DNA from: Polyangiales bacterium
Lineage (GTDB): Bacteria; Myxococcota_A; Polyangia; Polyangiales; JADJQN01
Direction of reading: 5' to 3'
Length of the DNA stretch: 64,000 nt
NCBI GenBank assembly: GCA_964202905.1
Contig: CAXNJO010000001.1
Span: forward strand, 192,001 to 256,000
The position numbers were made by a program, and so were the translations under genes. This document shows, piece by piece, positions 1 through 11,876 of this stretch. Under the pieces are notes generated by a model. It was given only the letters and a program-made list of their open reading frames with translations, did not search any database and was not told where the DNA came from. Numbering within the stretch: the stretch's first letter is position 1; every line of letters starts with the position of its first letter.

Positions 1-3000
1 CGGCGAGCCGCTGCGCTGGCTGCTCGCCGTGCACGAAGTGGTCGGCCTCTCCGACCTCCGGCCCGCGGCGGGCGCGCGCGTGCGGGCCGTCACGTCGTTC
101 GCCCCCGCCGAAGCCACCGAGCGCACGGCCGACGCCTTCGGCCGCGTGACGCTCGAGGTCCCCGTCCCGCCGGATGCCCCGGAGCGCTTCGGCGTCGTGC
201 TCGAGGTCTTCGCCGCGGCGAGCCGCGTGCAGCGGCGCTTCGAGCTGTCGGTCACCACCGTCGATCCGCGCGTGCTCTCGCTGCGCATCGCGCGCACCTT
301 CGTCGAGGCGTCGGGCCGCACCGCCGCCGGCGCACCCGAGGCGGGGGACGCATCACGCGGGGCGATCCGCGCGCTCGTGCGTCTCGCGCACCGCACCACG
401 CTGCGCCCCCTCGCCGGCGTGCCCGTGCTGCTCGCCCTGCGCGACGACGCGGGCCGCCCGCAGGGGGCACCCGCGCGCGTCGTCACCGACCCGGCCGGCC
501 TCGCGACGCACACCTTCCGCGCCCCGCGCGACGCGCGCGGCACGCTGCACGTCGATGCGCGCTTGGACGAACGCATCGCCGACGCGCCCGCCCGCGGCCG
601 CTCCGCCCCGCCGAGCGCGCAGGCGAGCGTCCGCGTCGAGGCGCCCGTTTCGCAGACGCTGCTCGTCGCCGTCGCGCCCGAGCGCGTCCTCACCGCCCCC
701 GGCGCGCCCATCGACGTGGACGTGGTCGTGCGCACCGCGGACGGTCGCCCCGTCGCCGGCGCGACGCTCGAGGTCGACGGCGTCTCGCGGCGGCGCGGCG
801 AGGCCCGACCGACGACCGACGCGCGCGGCCGCGCCGGGTCCGCTGGCCCGCGCAGGTCGCGGTGCCCGGGGTCCCGGCGGGCGCGCGGCGCGCCGACGGC
901 GTCGCTGCCACGTTCGTGGACGTCACGGTGACGGTCTCGGCCTCGCGCGAGGGGTTCGGACGCGGCACCGGGAGCGCGACGGTGCGCCTCACCGACGCGG
1001 TGTGGGCGGGCGCGGTCGCGGCCGAGGGCGGCGCGATCACCGACCCGATCGGCGGGCCGCGTCGCCCGAGCCGCGCCGGCGACGGGCGCGCGGCGCCGGC
1101 GGGCGTCCCGGTCGTGCTGCGCGGCCCGCGCCTCGGCCCCGACGCGGCCCGCGGCGCGCTCGCCCGCGACACCGACGCCGACGGCGTCGCGCGCTTCGAC
1201 CTGCCCCCGCTCGCGGCCCCCGCGGGCGAAGGCGGCGACCCATGCGGCGGCGAGACGGCGACCTCACTCACCGCGCGTATCGGCGATGATTCCACGCCGA
1301 CCGCGGTCGCCGCCTGCATCCCGCTCGATCCCGACGCGGCCGCCCGCGTCCGCGTCTCGCCGCAGACGGCCCCGGCCGGTGCGCACATCCGCGTCGATCT
1401 CGTCCGCGCCCCCGCAGCCGCGGGGCTACCGGTGCTTGTATCACTTCTGGTACGTGAGGAGGGCGGTCCCGACGCGGGGCTCCGCGCGCTGGCCTCGCAC
1501 GTGGTCCCCGCGGGCGCCGACACGACGGAGCTCGCGCTGCCCGCCGACGCGGTCGGCGTCGTCCTGGTGCGCGCGCGTCCGCTGGTCGGCCCCGAGCGGC
1601 TCGAGGTGCGCGGCGGGAGCACGGCGCTCTGGATCACGCCGGGCGAGCGCGCGGGCACCGCGCTCACGCTCGACGGCAGCGGCCGTCGCGCGACGCTGGC
1701 CTTCCGCGGCGCGCAGGGCGACCGCTCGGCCGTCGTCTACGCGCTCCCCGTCGACGAGGCGCGCGCCCTCGCGCTGGCGCTCTCGAACGAGCTCGCCGGG
1801 CCGCTCGGCGACCTGCGGCGACCGGAGACCGACGCCGGCGAATCGCTGCTCGGCGCGGCCCTCGCCCTCGCGACGCCGCCCGATCTCGGGGCGCCCGCCG
1901 TGCTCCGGGGCCGCGAGCGCGTGGCCGTCCCCGCGCCGGACGCACCGGAGCGCCTCGGGCTGCTGCGCGACCCGTGGCGCGCGCGGGCCCGCTTCGTCGG
2001 GGGACGGCTCGCCCTGCTCTTCCGCGCGCTCGAGCAGGCGGTCGTCGGCGCGGTGCCGGGGCGGCTCGCGGACGTCGCGGTGCGCACGCCGCGCGGCTGG
2101 GACTTCAACGAGCTCGTCCTCGAGTCCGTCCGCGGCGAAGCGCTCGGCGACGCGGGCGCGACCGGGCTCGGCGGCGAACCGCTGACGATCGACGCGCTGC
2201 GCCGGCTCGACCCGGCCTTCACCTACGACCACGTCGCGCAGCGCATCACGCGCCAGCGCCTCTGGACGATGCTGCTCGCGCTGCGCCAGCTGGTGCAGCA
2301 GTCGTCGCTCGACCTGCGCTGGACCGTGCGCGGCGACCCCGCGGAGTGGCTGACGCAGGCCTCGCAGCTCTACTTCGCGGGCGGGGGCCCGACGGGGCCG
2401 AAGAGGCTCGTCGATGCCTGGGGCACGCCGCTCGCGCTGCGCCCCGCGTCGGGAGGCCGCGCGCGCTTCTCGCAGGTCGAGCCGGTGGTCGGCTACGAGC
2501 TCGTCTCGGCGGGCCCGGACACGCGCTTCGGCACGGGTGACGATCTCTGGGATCCGACCGCGGCCGTGCTCCCGCCCGGCAGTCTCTATGCAGAAGCGGT
2601 GGGCGAGGCGGCGCTCGTCGCGCGGCTGCGGGGCGTCGAGCTCGGCCGCGCGACGGTCGAGCTGCTCACGGGCGCCATCGGGGTCGGCGTCGGCTGGGTG
2701 CCCGCGCAGGCGGCCGCCGCTCCCGTCTCGCTGCTCGGCGACGCCTGGCAGCAGCTGCCCACGCTCCGCGTGCCGGACCCGCTCGCGCTCGCGCTGCGTC
2801 GCCCGGCGCTCCCGGGAGACGGAGCCGGCGGCGCCCTCGGGACGCTGCCCAGCACGGGCGGACCCGTCGCGCTCGACCTCGACGCGGAGCCACGCACCTG
2901 GGGCGCGGTCGCACTCACCCTCACACAGGATGGCGTGGCATCGGTCGCGCTCGGCGAGTCGCCGGGCGGCGCGCCTGCGCTCGTGGCCGGCGCGCTGCCC

Positions 3001-4780
3001 GAGCGCATCCGGATCGGCGAGCGCATCGCCGCGACGCTCACCCTCACCGACGCCCGCCCGCCGAGCGCGGGCGGCGGCGACGTGCGGTACGCAGTGCAGG
3101 TGACCGCGCCGGAGGGTGTCGAGATCGATACCCTCCGCGAACTGGTCGTCCCGGCGGAGCAGTCGGCGACGCTGCCGGTGGCGCTGACGGCCGGGCGCGC
3201 GGCGCGGGGCACCGTGCGGCTGGTCCTCACGGTGGCGGGGAGCGAGGTGCCGGCGCGCACGCTGACGTTGCCGCTCGTCGCGGACGGCGGCCTGCACCCG
3301 CTCCGCGCGCGGGCGACCGGGCTCGCGCGGGCGGGCGCGCCGTTCGAGACCGCGCTGACGCTGCCGGCAGGGGTGGCGCGGGGTCCGCGCGCGTCGTGCT
3401 GCTCGCCCCGGGCGCGCTCGCGGAGGACCCGGACCTCGACGAGGCGCGGCGCACGACCCCGCGCTCGTCGCGTGGACGCGCGCGCTCGCGGGGCGCCCGA
3501 TCGACGCGGCGCTCCGCGCGCGGCTCCTCGCCGCGCAGCAGCCGGACGGGAGCGTCGCGGGGGACGCGTCGGCGCTCTCGACGGCGGCGGCGGCGCTCGC
3601 GCTCGCGGCGCTCGGCGCGGACGACGCGGAGGCCGAGGTCGCGCGGAGGCGCGCGGTCGGCGCGCTCGGCGGCGGTGCCGGCTTCGACGACGCCGATGGG
3701 CGCGGCGCGGCGGTGCGCACGGGCGCGGCGGTCGTCGCGGCCCTCGCGACCGGCGGCGCGGTCGATCCGCTCAACGAGCGCACCGCCTCACTCGATCCGG
3801 TCTCGGCGCACCTCTCGGAGCTCCGCGTCGAGCTGCGGAGCGCGCTCCGCACGATGCGCGGCGAGCCGACGCTCCTCGCGCGGGCGGCCGCCGCGCTCCT
3901 CGTCGCCGAGCCGGGTGACGGTCACGGCCGCGCGATGCTGGCGCAGGCCGCGGCGGCCCTCGAGCCCGCACCGGGCGGGATGCGTGTGCGGCCGAGCGCG
4001 GCGCGGACGGACGCGGTCGCGGAGTCGCTCTCGGCGACGCTCGCCCTCGGCCTCGCCGCCCACCAGACGGGCGACGACGCCCTCGCGCGGCGCCTGATCG
4101 GGGCCGCGACGCGCGAGGCCGCGCTCGCGACGCGGCTCGGCGGCGAGCCGCTCTTCTGGCTGCTGGCCTGCGGCGCCTACGGCGCGCTCGGCACCGGCGA
4201 GGTCGCGCGCGCGACGGTGACGGTCGATGGGCGCCCGACGCCGGCCACCTTCGAGGGCGGGCGCGCGGTCGTCACGCTGCCCGGGCTCGGGGACGGGACG
4301 CACGCGGTGCGCGTCGAGGTCGTGGGCGCGGCGCCGGTGCTCGCGCGCGTCGAGGCGGCCTACGGCGCCCCCTTCGCCACACGGCAGGGCACGGGCGTCG
4401 CGCTCTCGATCGCGGGCGATGTCGGCGAGGCCGGCGGCGTCGCGGCGCTCGAGCTGACCGTCGAGGCACGACGGCCGCTCCGTGGCGCGGTCATCGAGCT
4501 GCAGCTGCCCGCGGGCGTCCGCGCCGACGACGCGCTGCTCGCCGTGCTCCGCGGCGCGCCGCACGTGCTGCGCGCCGAGCCCCGCGCGCCGGGCTTCGTG
4601 CGTATCACCCTCGGTACACTCTCGGCCTCGGAGCGCGCCGTGCTCCCGCTGCCGCTGCGCTTCACCGGTGCCGGCCGGCTGCGCGGCCTCGCGGTCGTCG
4701 GTGCGCCGCTCGGAGCGCCCTCCGACATGACCATCCTCGCGCCGCGCGTGCTCTCGGTGCCGGCTGCAGCGGCCGAGTAG
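1..4780 (+). CDS. Large alpha-2-macroglobulin/MG2-like exported protein, 5'-partial, split by several frameshifts
   Basis: Consecutive high-GC3 ORFs 29..931, 862..~3390, ~3396..3450 and the frame ending at TAG 4780. Ig/MG-like repeats (TDAxGxARF), 'LPERIRIGE' A2M-like segment, TED-like 'LLAAQQPDGSV', and a C-terminal 'IELQLPAG' receptor-binding-like segment. Confidence 0.6.
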
Positions 4781-4862
4781 GCGCGCACGGCGCCGTCACG
4801 GCGGCGTTCACGGGTGCGCGTTCGGCGTCGAGCGCCGGGGCTGGCCTCGGTGATCGACGCCG

Positions 4863-6584
4863 TCAGAACGGGATCGACGTGCCGTCGCGGGACGGCACGA
4901 GGAAGTACACGTCCCGCGTGTCGAGCACGGTCACGCCGTCGCCGACCACGTCGATCTGCGCGCGGAAGACCTGCGGCCGATCCGTCGGGGCGACGGTGTC
5001 GTTTCGGCGCGCCACGATGTCGAAGCACACGGGAACCCCGGGCGTGACGTCGGAGAACGTCTCGGCGAGGCCGTCGCCATCGGTGTCGACCGTCGGCAGG
5101 CCGCCGACGCACACCACGCCCGCGTCCATCGGGTCCGCCACGCCGCCCGCGGTGTTCGGCTCGGTGCGCTCGATGAAGACCGTCGCATCGACGCCGTCGC
5201 CCAGCGCCGTCGTCCACGTCACGCGCCCGCGCGGTGATGTCGAGCGGCGTGTTCCGCGCGAGCGTGCGGATCGCGTCCACGATCTGCGCGTCCACCGTCG
5301 CCGCCGCCCGCATCCCGGAAGATGAGCGGCGCGCCATCCGTGCCGACGGCGCCCGTCCCGCTCACGATCGGGGCCCACTCCGCCGATCGCCCCGTCGGGC
5401 CGAGCACGACGACGCGGCCGCGGATCGCCGCGAAGGCCGCGAGCACGTCCGCTTCGACGTCGGGAAGGCGGCGCAGGTCGTGCACGCGCTGCTCGCGCAC
5501 GAGGTGCCGCCCGTGTCGAAACTCTCGCTCGAAGGGCTCGTCGCCGATCATCACGAGGATCGGCAGCGCCCCGGTTCGCACGCAGCCGAGGCCCGACCTC
5601 GCCGGGCGCGCACGTCGGGCGCGTCATCCGCGGCCAGCGCGTGGTGTCGCCCGTGGCCCAGACCCACATCGACTGCGCGTACGGCTCGTGCACGCCGCGG
5701 CAGTCCGCGGTGAGCCCGGCGAGCGCGGTGCCGACCGCCGCCGCATCCGGCGTGCTCGTGAGGTTCTGCTCGATGCCGCGGCAGACACCGGGCATGTAGG
5801 CAGACTGCGGGCACACGTCGAATTGGCCGACGCCGAAGGCGACGTCCGGGATCGCCGCGCTCACGCCGGGGACGACGACGGTGTTCAGCGAGGCGCGGAC
5901 CGTGTCGATGTACACCTGCATCGAGATGCTCGTGTCGATCATGAAGTGCACGTCGGCGCGGCGGATGTCGGTGCCGAAGACGAGCGTGTCGCGCGCCGGA
6001 TCCGGCGGATTCCCATAGGGCACGACGAAGAAGAAGTCGCCGCGCGTGCGGGGGCTGTCGCCGGGGGCGAGCGGATCGGTGCCCGCGGCGACCTCGACGA
6101 GATCGCTGACGCCGTCGTCGTCGCTGTCCGCATCGCGCGGGTCGGTGCCGGCACCGGGCTCGTCCGCATCGGGGAGTCCGTCCCCATCGCTGTCGAGGTC
6201 GCGGAAGTCGGGCACACCGTCGGCGTCCGTGTCGCGCGGGGGCGTCGAGGTATCGGCGTCGCCCGCTTCGTCGGCATCGGAGAGGCCATCGCCGTCGCTG
6301 TCCGCGTCCGCCGCGTCGGGGATGCCGTCCGCGTCCGTATCGACGACGCCGCCGCCCTCCTGCGCGTCGGTGAGCGTGTCGCCGTCACCGTCCGTACCCG
6401 GATCGACGAAGGCATCCACGCCCGCGCCCCCATCACCGCCCCGCCCCGCATCGGGCCGCGAGAGCCCTCCCGCCTCGCCGCCACAGCCACACGCGAGCGA
6501 AGCGGCGACGGCGCACGCGCCCGTCCACCGCACGAGCGACGCCGGGAACGAAGACGACGGCGAGGAGCGAAGCGTCGGGTTCAT
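4863..6584 (-). CDS. Lipoprotein with Ca-binding DxDxDG (TSP3-like) repeats and vWA domain; frameshifts at about 5230-5600
   Basis: Signal/lipobox 'ASLACGC', repeated DTDADGxPD and DSDGDG motifs, vWA start '[13 protein letters not shown]'. The frame continues via 5219..5581 ('[10 protein letters not shown]'). Confidence 0.7.
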   Translation of the reverse strand: MNPTLRSSPSSSFPASLVRWTGACAVAASLACGCGGEAGGLSRPDAGRGGDGGAGVDAFVDPGTDGDGDTLTDAQEGGGVVDTDADGIPDAADADSDGDGLSDADEAGDADTSTPPRDTDADGVPDFRDLDSDGDGLPDADEPGAGTDPRDADSDDDGVSDLVEVAAGTDPLAPGDSPRTRGDFFFVVPYGNPPDPARDTLVFGTDIRRADVHFMIDTSISMQVYIDTVRASLNTVVVPGVSAAIPDVAFGVGQFDVCPQSAYMPGVCRGIEQNLTSTPDAAAVGTALAGLTADCRGVHEPYAQSMWVWATGDTTRWPRMTRPTCAPGEVGPRLRANRGAADPRDDRRRALRARVSTRAAPRARAARARPAPPSRRRSGRARGLRGDPRPRRRARPDGAIGGVGPDRERDGRRRHGWRAAHLPGCGRRRRWTRRSWTRSARSRGTRRSTSPRGRVTWTTALGDGVDATVFIERTEPNTAGGVADPMDAGVVCVGGLPTVDTDGDGLAETFSDVTPGVPVCFDIVARRNDTVAPTDRPQVFRAQIDVVGDGVTVLDTRDVYFLVPSRDGTSIPF

Positions 6585-6637
6585 CCGGCAGACGCTACCC
6601 GAGAAATCCCGCGTTGAGCAGCCCGCGACCGAACCGC

Positions 6638-7909
6638 TCAGCCGAAGATGCTCTCGCAGCCGAATTGCACCTGCACACTGGTGTCACCTGCACTCGACGC
6701 ATCCTGCGCGAGGTCGCACGCGGCCGGGCAGAGGATCACGCGCGTGGGCGTGGTGTCGTCGTCGTAGTACCAGCCGTTCGGCGTGCTCGCGCAGCCGGCG
6801 AGCCCGCCCACGGTGCGGCGCAGCAGCGTCGCCCCGCCGCCGCTCCGCACCTCGACGTTGACGCGCGAGGGCGAGAACATCAGACCCGCGGGCGTCTCGG
6901 GGATCGCGAGGTCGCAGGAGACGCGCGTCGCGCGCACGACCTCGGTCGCGATCGACTCGAAGAACGTGCCCCACGTGCTCGGCGGCGCGCAGATGTCGGC
7001 GCGAACGCCGCCGGTGGACGTGACGAGCTCGGTGTAGGTCGCGCCGGGGTCCGCCGCCGCGCCGCAGTTCCAGCCGTAGATGCCGCTGAACTTGTAGCCA
7101 TCGAAGAGGCCGCCCCACTCGGGCTCGAGGATGCCCGGCGGCAGGAAGAGCGATGTGCTCGTCGTCGCGGGGTTGCGCCACTCGGTCGCCGGCGCCGGGC
7201 CGCGGAACTGCTCGAAATTGAAGGCGGAGAGGCGCGCGTTGTCGTCGGTGACGACGACGAAGGTCTTGCTCGCGTCCGCGCGCAGCCAGTCGCGCCAGGG
7301 CTCGCCGCCGCGCGAGTCGGCCGCGGTGTACCCGGTCGTCTGACCGAGCGTGCCGAGGATCTGCTCAAGGGGCTGCGTACTGAGGATGTCGATGCTCGAG
7401 TGGAAGAAGCGGGGCCCGTTGCCGCACGCGTCGTCGCCCGCGAGCGGGGGCGGCACGCAGATCGCATAACGCCCGCCCGACGCACCCGTCCCGCGCTTCG
7501 AGAGCATGATCACGCGGTAGTCGACGCCCGTGGCCGCGATGAAGGCCGCGAAGGCGTTGATGCCCGCCTTCACGTTCTCGATCTCCGCGTCCATGCTGCC
7601 GGAGTTGTCGACGACCCAGATGATGTCGGCGGGGAGGCGCTCGAGCACCGCCTCGGCCGCCGTCGAGGAGCACGCCATGTCGGGGTCGAACGGCATGTCC
7701 GGCGGCGGCACGAACGCGTCGGCGGGGCCGAGGTCCGGCTCGACGGCGAGATCGGGCCGGGGACCGAGGTCGGGCAGCGAGAGGTCCGGCGGCGGCACGA
7801 CCCGCCCGGCCGTGCGGCGGGTACACGCCGCGGTGGACAGCAGCCCGCACGCGAGGGCACCGAGCACGAGGAGGGAAGACCGTCGGGAAGCGAGCGCAAG
7901 CGACGACAT
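6638..7909 (-). CDS. vWA-domain lipoprotein (myxobacterial type)
   Basis: Lipobox 'LSTAAC', PDL/DLG linker, MIDAS '[12 protein letters not shown]', 'FVVVTDD', Cys-rich C-terminus 'GWYYDD...LCPAAC'. Confidence 0.8.
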   Translation of the reverse strand: MSSLALASRRSSLLVLGALACGLLSTAACTRRTAGRVVPPPDLSLPDLGPRPDLAVEPDLGPADAFVPPPDMPFDPDMACSSTAAEAVLERLPADIIWVVDNSGSMDAEIENVKAGINAFAAFIAATGVDYRVIMLSKRGTGASGGRYAICVPPPLAGDDACGNGPRFFHSSIDILSTQPLEQILGTLGQTTGYTAADSRGGEPWRDWLRADASKTFVVVTDDNARLSAFNFEQFRGPAPATEWRNPATTSTSLFLPPGILEPEWGGLFDGYKFSGIYGWNCGAAADPGATYTELVTSTGGVRADICAPPSTWGTFFESIATEVVRATRVSCDLAIPETPAGLMFSPSRVNVEVRSGGGATLLRRTVGGLAGCASTPNGWYYDDDTTPTRVILCPAACDLAQDASSAGDTSVQVQFGCESIFG

Positions 7910-8026
7910 CGTGGGTGCGGTTCTATCACCTCGACGCGCGGGCGTCCGTAGCCATCCCGCGACGGACGCGTCACCGTTCAGGCCCCTTGTGACGCGCGCG
8001 CGCCGCTGACATCCTGCTGGGTACCG

Positions 8027-8410
8027 ATGCGTCGCTCCCCGGCCGCGCTGTTTGCCTCGCTGTCGCTGCTCGCCGCCTGCGCGGGCTGCGTGGGGGGCGC
8101 GACGCCCTACCCGCCCTCGGCCACCGACCGGCTCGACGGCGGCGTGGGCGAGGCGGCCGCCGACGCAGGCGCAGCCTCCTTCGACGCCGCAGCGCCACCG
8201 CCTGGCACCGACGGCGGCGGGGATCTCGCCGCCGATGCGGACGCCGCCGACGCAGACGTCACGGACGCAGACACCGCCGACGCAGACGTCACGGACGCAG
8301 ACACCGCCGACGCAGACACCGCCGACGCAGATACCGCCGACGCAGACGCCGCCGATGCGTTCCGACCCGACCCGGACGGCGGGCCCGAGCGCCTCCCGCG
8401 GGAGCCCTGA
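8027..8410 (+). CDS. Small acidic low-complexity lipoprotein with DADTA/DADVT repeats
   Basis: Signal 'LFASLSLLAACAGC' followed almost entirely by an acidic linker encoded by a 15-bp tandem repeat. Confidence 0.5.
   Translation: MRRSPAALFASLSLLAACAGCVGGATPYPPSATDRLDGGVGEAAADAGAASFDAAAPPPGTDGGGDLAADADAADADVTDADTADADVTDADTADADTADADTADADAADAFRPDPDGGPERLPREP
8245..8355 (+). repeat. 15-bp coding tandem repeat (gccgacgcagacacc / acggacgcagac variants)
   Basis: About 7 imperfect units visible directly. Confidence 0.85.
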
Positions 8411-8502
8411 ACGGCGCCTCTCGCGCGCTCACCTCCGACCTCGTGAATCGCAGCGCGCCCCCGCGCGTCTCCCGGAGCCGAACCATGCGCCCATCCCCCC
8501 GA

Positions 8503-9132
8503 ATGAACGCCCCGTCCACGCTCGCGACCCTCCTCCTCGCAGCCCTGCTCGGCGTGGCCTCCGCCGTCGTCGCTCAGGACACCGAGGAAGATCCGCCCGC
8601 CGCGGCCCCCGCACCGCAGCCGCCCGTCCACCGTGGCCGCGACCGCACCACGGGCCAGGCGAGCCACACGCTCGGCGCGACCTACGAGCTCGCGAACGGC
8701 GCGAAGCTCGTGCTGCCGGCGGGCAACCGCATCAGCACCTCGCAGACCTTCACGTTCAGCGCGAGCCGCGCGCCGCTGCGGCCCACGGAGGTCGCGCCGG
8801 GCTTCGTCCGGCAGGGCCCGGTGCTCGACTTCGACGGCCAGATCGACGCGTCGCGCGCGCCGATCGAGCTCTCGGTGAAGCAGCGCACGCTGCGCCCGCG
8901 CCCCAACACCAAGCTGGTGCTCGCGATGGAGTTCGCCGGCATCTGCGACGCGACGCACACCGCGCGCCTCGGCGGCCCGCTCTGCGCGCACTGGCGGCTC
9001 CTCGACGCGCAATTCGACGCCGCGGGCGGGCGCCTCGTCGCGCTGCTCCCGTCGCCGGGCGGCCACCGTCTCGTGTTCGGCTCCGTCCCCGACGCGCAGC
9101 CCGCGCCCGTCGATCCGGCCGATCTCCCCTGA
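8503..9132 (+). CDS. Hypothetical secreted protein
   Basis: Signal peptide 'MNAPSTLATLLLAALLGVASAVVAQD', high GC3. ATG 8503 chosen within ORF 8443..9132. Confidence 0.65.
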   Translation: MNAPSTLATLLLAALLGVASAVVAQDTEEDPPAAAPAPQPPVHRGRDRTTGQASHTLGATYELANGAKLVLPAGNRISTSQTFTFSASRAPLRPTEVAPGFVRQGPVLDFDGQIDASRAPIELSVKQRTLRPRPNTKLVLAMEFAGICDATHTARLGGPLCAHWRLLDAQFDAAGGRLVALLPSPGGHRLVFGSVPDAQPAPVDPADLP

Positions 9133-9181
9133 GCGGCGCGTGCCGGCGCGCGGGGCCCACACGCCCCGGCGCCAGCGCGGC

Positions 9182-9865
9182 TCAGCCGTTGTTCTTCACG
9201 GGTCGGAACGGCTGCAGGAACGACGCGAGGTTCGCGGGGTTGCGCGTCGAGACCCACACGCGGCCCTGGCCGCGGAACTCGCAGACGAGCCCCTCGCCCG
9301 AGAGGAAGAGCGACTTGAGGCCGCCGACCTTCGTCACGCGGTAGTCGAGGCCGCCCGTCCAGCCGACGATGTGGCTCGTGTCGACGATGTAGCCCGCGGG
9401 CCCGACGTCGACCGGGTGGATGCCGCCGTAGCTCGAGAAGAACAGCGGCCCGGTGCCCATCGCGCGCAGCAGGAAGAGGCCGGCGCCGGAGAAGAACCCC
9501 TTCGCCCCGCCCCACTTCGTGTCGAGCTGCACGCTCGGCGCGCAGGCGAGGAAGGCGCCCGACTGCATGAACACGGGCGTCGTGCCGTCGCAGCGCAGCT
9601 CCTGCACGTCGCCCTCGGGCGCGGGCGCGACCCAGAGCGTCTGCCCCGCCGCGGTCGCGGTGAACGTGTTCTGGAAGATGCTCTCGCCGCCGAGCAGCTT
9701 GCGCTTCGCGGCGCCCAGCACCCCGCCGCTCATCTGCGTCTTCATCTCCACGGCGGTGTCGCGCGCGACCATCGCGCTCGACTCCACGAGGAGCTGCTCC
9801 CCGGGTGCGTCGAACGTCACGCGGACCAGACCAAACTCGGGCTTCTGTCGGACTTCGTAGCGCAT
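9182..9865 (-). CDS. TIGR00266/AIM24 family protein (paralogue 3)
   Basis: 'VESSAMVA', 'GGESIFQNTF', 'IVDTSHIVGW', 'SGEGLVCEFRGQGRVWVSTRN'. Confidence 0.9.
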   Translation of the reverse strand: MRYEVRQKPEFGLVRVTFDAPGEQLLVESSAMVARDTAVEMKTQMSGGVLGAAKRKLLGGESIFQNTFTATAAGQTLWVAPAPEGDVQELRCDGTTPVFMQSGAFLACAPSVQLDTKWGGAKGFFSGAGLFLLRAMGTGPLFFSSYGGIHPVDVGPAGYIVDTSHIVGWTGGLDYRVTKVGGLKSLFLSGEGLVCEFRGQGRVWVSTRNPANLASFLQPFRPVKNNG

Positions 9866-9902
9866 CGGCCTCTCCTCGGATCGACTCTTCGCGGGACGCG
9901 GC

Positions 9903-10574
9903 TCAGCCGCGCGGCGGGAGCTGCGAGCCCACGGCCTTGCCGTACTCGACGGGGTTACGGGTCTGCACCCAGATGCGCCCCTGCCCCTGGAAGTGGCAGA
10001 CGAGCCCCTCGCCCGAGAGGAACGAGGCGATCCAGCCCGAGCCGCTCTTGCCCACCTGGTAGGTGAGCGACGCGTCCCACGCGACGAGGTGCCCCGTGTC
10101 GATCACGAGGTTCCCATCGCACACGAGCTCCTGCAGCCCGCCGAAGCCGCCGACGAGCAGCTGTCCGGGCGCCTGCGTCGTCGCCTTCAGGACGAACACG
10201 CCCGCCCCCGAGAAGAAGCCACGGAAGCCGCCGACCTTCGTGTCGAGGTTCACCGTCGGCGAGGACGCGATGAACGCGGAGGACTGCAGGAAATAGCCCT
10301 GCGGCGTCATCTCGAGCACCGCCATGTCGCCCGGCAGCGCGTGCGCGAGCAGCACCTCGCCGTCGCCGCTCTGCGCCGTGAACGTGTTGCGGAAGAAGGA
10401 CTCGCCGCCGAACATCCGCTTGAGGCCGGACATCATGCCGCCCGACTGCGTCTGCATCTGCACGTTCGGTGTCATGCCGACCATCGCGCCGGACTCGGCG
10501 ACGATCGACTCGCTCGGGTGGAGCAAGACCTGCGCGAGCGCCTGCGCGGGACGGTGAAGGACGTTGATCTGCAT
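9903..10574 (-). CDS. TIGR00266/AIM24 family protein (paralogue 2)
   Basis: Starts MQINVLHRP. 'AESGAMVG', 'GGESFFRNTF', 'IDTGHLVAW', 'SGEGLVCHFQGQGRIWVQTRN'. Confidence 0.9.
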   Translation of the reverse strand: MQINVLHRPAQALAQVLLHPSESIVAESGAMVGMTPNVQMQTQSGGMMSGLKRMFGGESFFRNTFTAQSGDGEVLLAHALPGDMAVLEMTPQGYFLQSSAFIASSPTVNLDTKVGGFRGFFSGAGVFVLKATTQAPGQLLVGGFGGLQELVCDGNLVIDTGHLVAWDASLTYQVGKSGSGWIASFLSGEGLVCHFQGQGRIWVQTRNPVEYGKAVGSQLPPRG

Positions 10575-10591
10575 CGCGTGCTCCGCTCCCC

Positions 10592-11368
10592 TCAGCCGCC
10601 CACGAGGGGCCTGAGCCACTGCAACAACGAGCCCTGATTGCGCGACTGGATGTAGACGCGCCCCTGCCCCTTGAACTCGCAGACGAGGCCCTCGCCGCTC
10701 GCGAGGAGTCCCATCGCGCCGCCACCCGCGGAGCGGATGTCGAACGTGAGCGCCCCCTCGTATCCGACGAGGTGGCCGTTGTCGACGAGGTACGAGCCCT
10801 GCACGTCGATCGCCTCGATGCCGCCGTAGCTCGTGAACCAGAGATCGCCTTGGCCGCGCGCCTCGAGGAAGAACGCGCCCTCCCGCGCGAAGATCGCGCG
10901 CAGGCCGCCGAACTTCAGCGAGAGGTCGACGTCGCCCGACGAGCAGAGGAACGCGCCCGTCGAGAGCGTGAGCGTCTCGCCCTGCAGGCGGCGGTGAAAG
11001 ACCTGCCCGCTCATCGTCGGCGCGAGCCAGACGCTGCCGCCGCGCGGCGCGGAGAAGTGGTTCACGAAGAAGGTCTCGCCGCCGACGAGCCGCCGGATGA
11101 TCGCGATGACGAACGCCTGCACGAGCCCGAGGAAGCCCGCGCTGCGGCTCGCGTTGAGCTTGACCTCCATGCCGACGCCCTGGTGCCGTGCGACCATCGC
11201 GCCGGCCTCGGCGACGACGACCTGCCCGGGCGGGAGATCCACGCGGAGCATCCCGAACGCGGGGCCATGCGTGATCTCGTGCGGGGTGCCGGCGGCCGCC
11301 GGAGGCCCTGCGAACCCTTGCTGCGGCGCGTGCGCGAGCGCCTGACCGTGCTGCGGCTGAACGTCCAT
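10592..11368 (-). CDS. TIGR00266/AIM24 family protein (paralogue 1)
   Basis: Starts MDVQPQ after an AGGGAG RBS. 'AEAGAMVA', 'GGETFFVNHF', 'VDNGHLVGY', 'SGEGLVCEFKGQGRVYIQSRN'. Confidence 0.9.
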   Translation of the reverse strand: MDVQPQHGQALAHAPQQGFAGPPAAAGTPHEITHGPAFGMLRVDLPPGQVVVAEAGAMVARHQGVGMEVKLNASRSAGFLGLVQAFVIAIIRRLVGGETFFVNHFSAPRGGSVWLAPTMSGQVFHRRLQGETLTLSTGAFLCSSGDVDLSLKFGGLRAIFAREGAFFLEARGQGDLWFTSYGGIEAIDVQGSYLVDNGHLVGYEGALTFDIRSAGGGAMGLLASGEGLVCEFKGQGRVYIQSRNQGSLLQWLRPLVGG

Positions 11369-11626
11369 GTCTCGCTCCCTGCGCCCGATTCGGCCTGCTC
11401 CGGATCGCCGGCGTCGAGCCGGGAATAGCACGTCGGCGGGCACCGTGGTGGGGACGGATCGGGCGGCGATCTGTCCGACCGCGGGGCTCGCGACGATTTC
11501 GACAGCGCCGGGCAGCGCCGTCACGCCCGCGTCCGGGGACGGCCGGGCAGCGAGAATCGGTCGTGGCTACGCAGGGTTCCGCGCCGAGACGACACGCTCG
11601 CCGCAGGCTGCGGGAGCACGGTCGAT

Positions 11627-11674
11627 ACACTGTCTGTCGTGGCTAGACCATTGCGGAGCCCCACCGGGTTGTTG
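11627..11674. promoter_or_regulatory. Possible second pair of NrdR-box-like sites
   Basis: ACACTGTCTGTCGTGG (11627-11642) and the weaker CCCCACCGGGTTGTTG (11659-11674), with starts 32 bp apart. Confidence 0.35.
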
Positions 11675-11828
11675 TAGTTGTCCGACTCGTGACGGACGGG
11701 TGTCCGGCCCCGACGCGCGGGTCGGACACGCGGCACAGCTTGGAATCACAGGGGTTCAGCGGGGCGCGGCAGGGAGCGGGTCGATCCTTCCTTGACGAGC
11801 CGGGGTGCGGGAGGTAAACAGGGCCTCC

Positions 11829-11876
11829 CCACAACGGGTAGCGGCTGGGTCGCGGCGAAGACCCAACTGCTTGTGG
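11829..11876. promoter_or_regulatory. Tandem NrdR boxes upstream of nrdJ
   Basis: CCACAACGGGTAGCGG (11829-11844) and ACCCAACTGCTTGTGG (11861-11876) match the flanks of the acaCwAtATaTwGtgt consensus. Their starts are 32 bp apart, the typical NrdR tandem spacing, and they lie upstream of an RNR gene. Confidence 0.6.
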
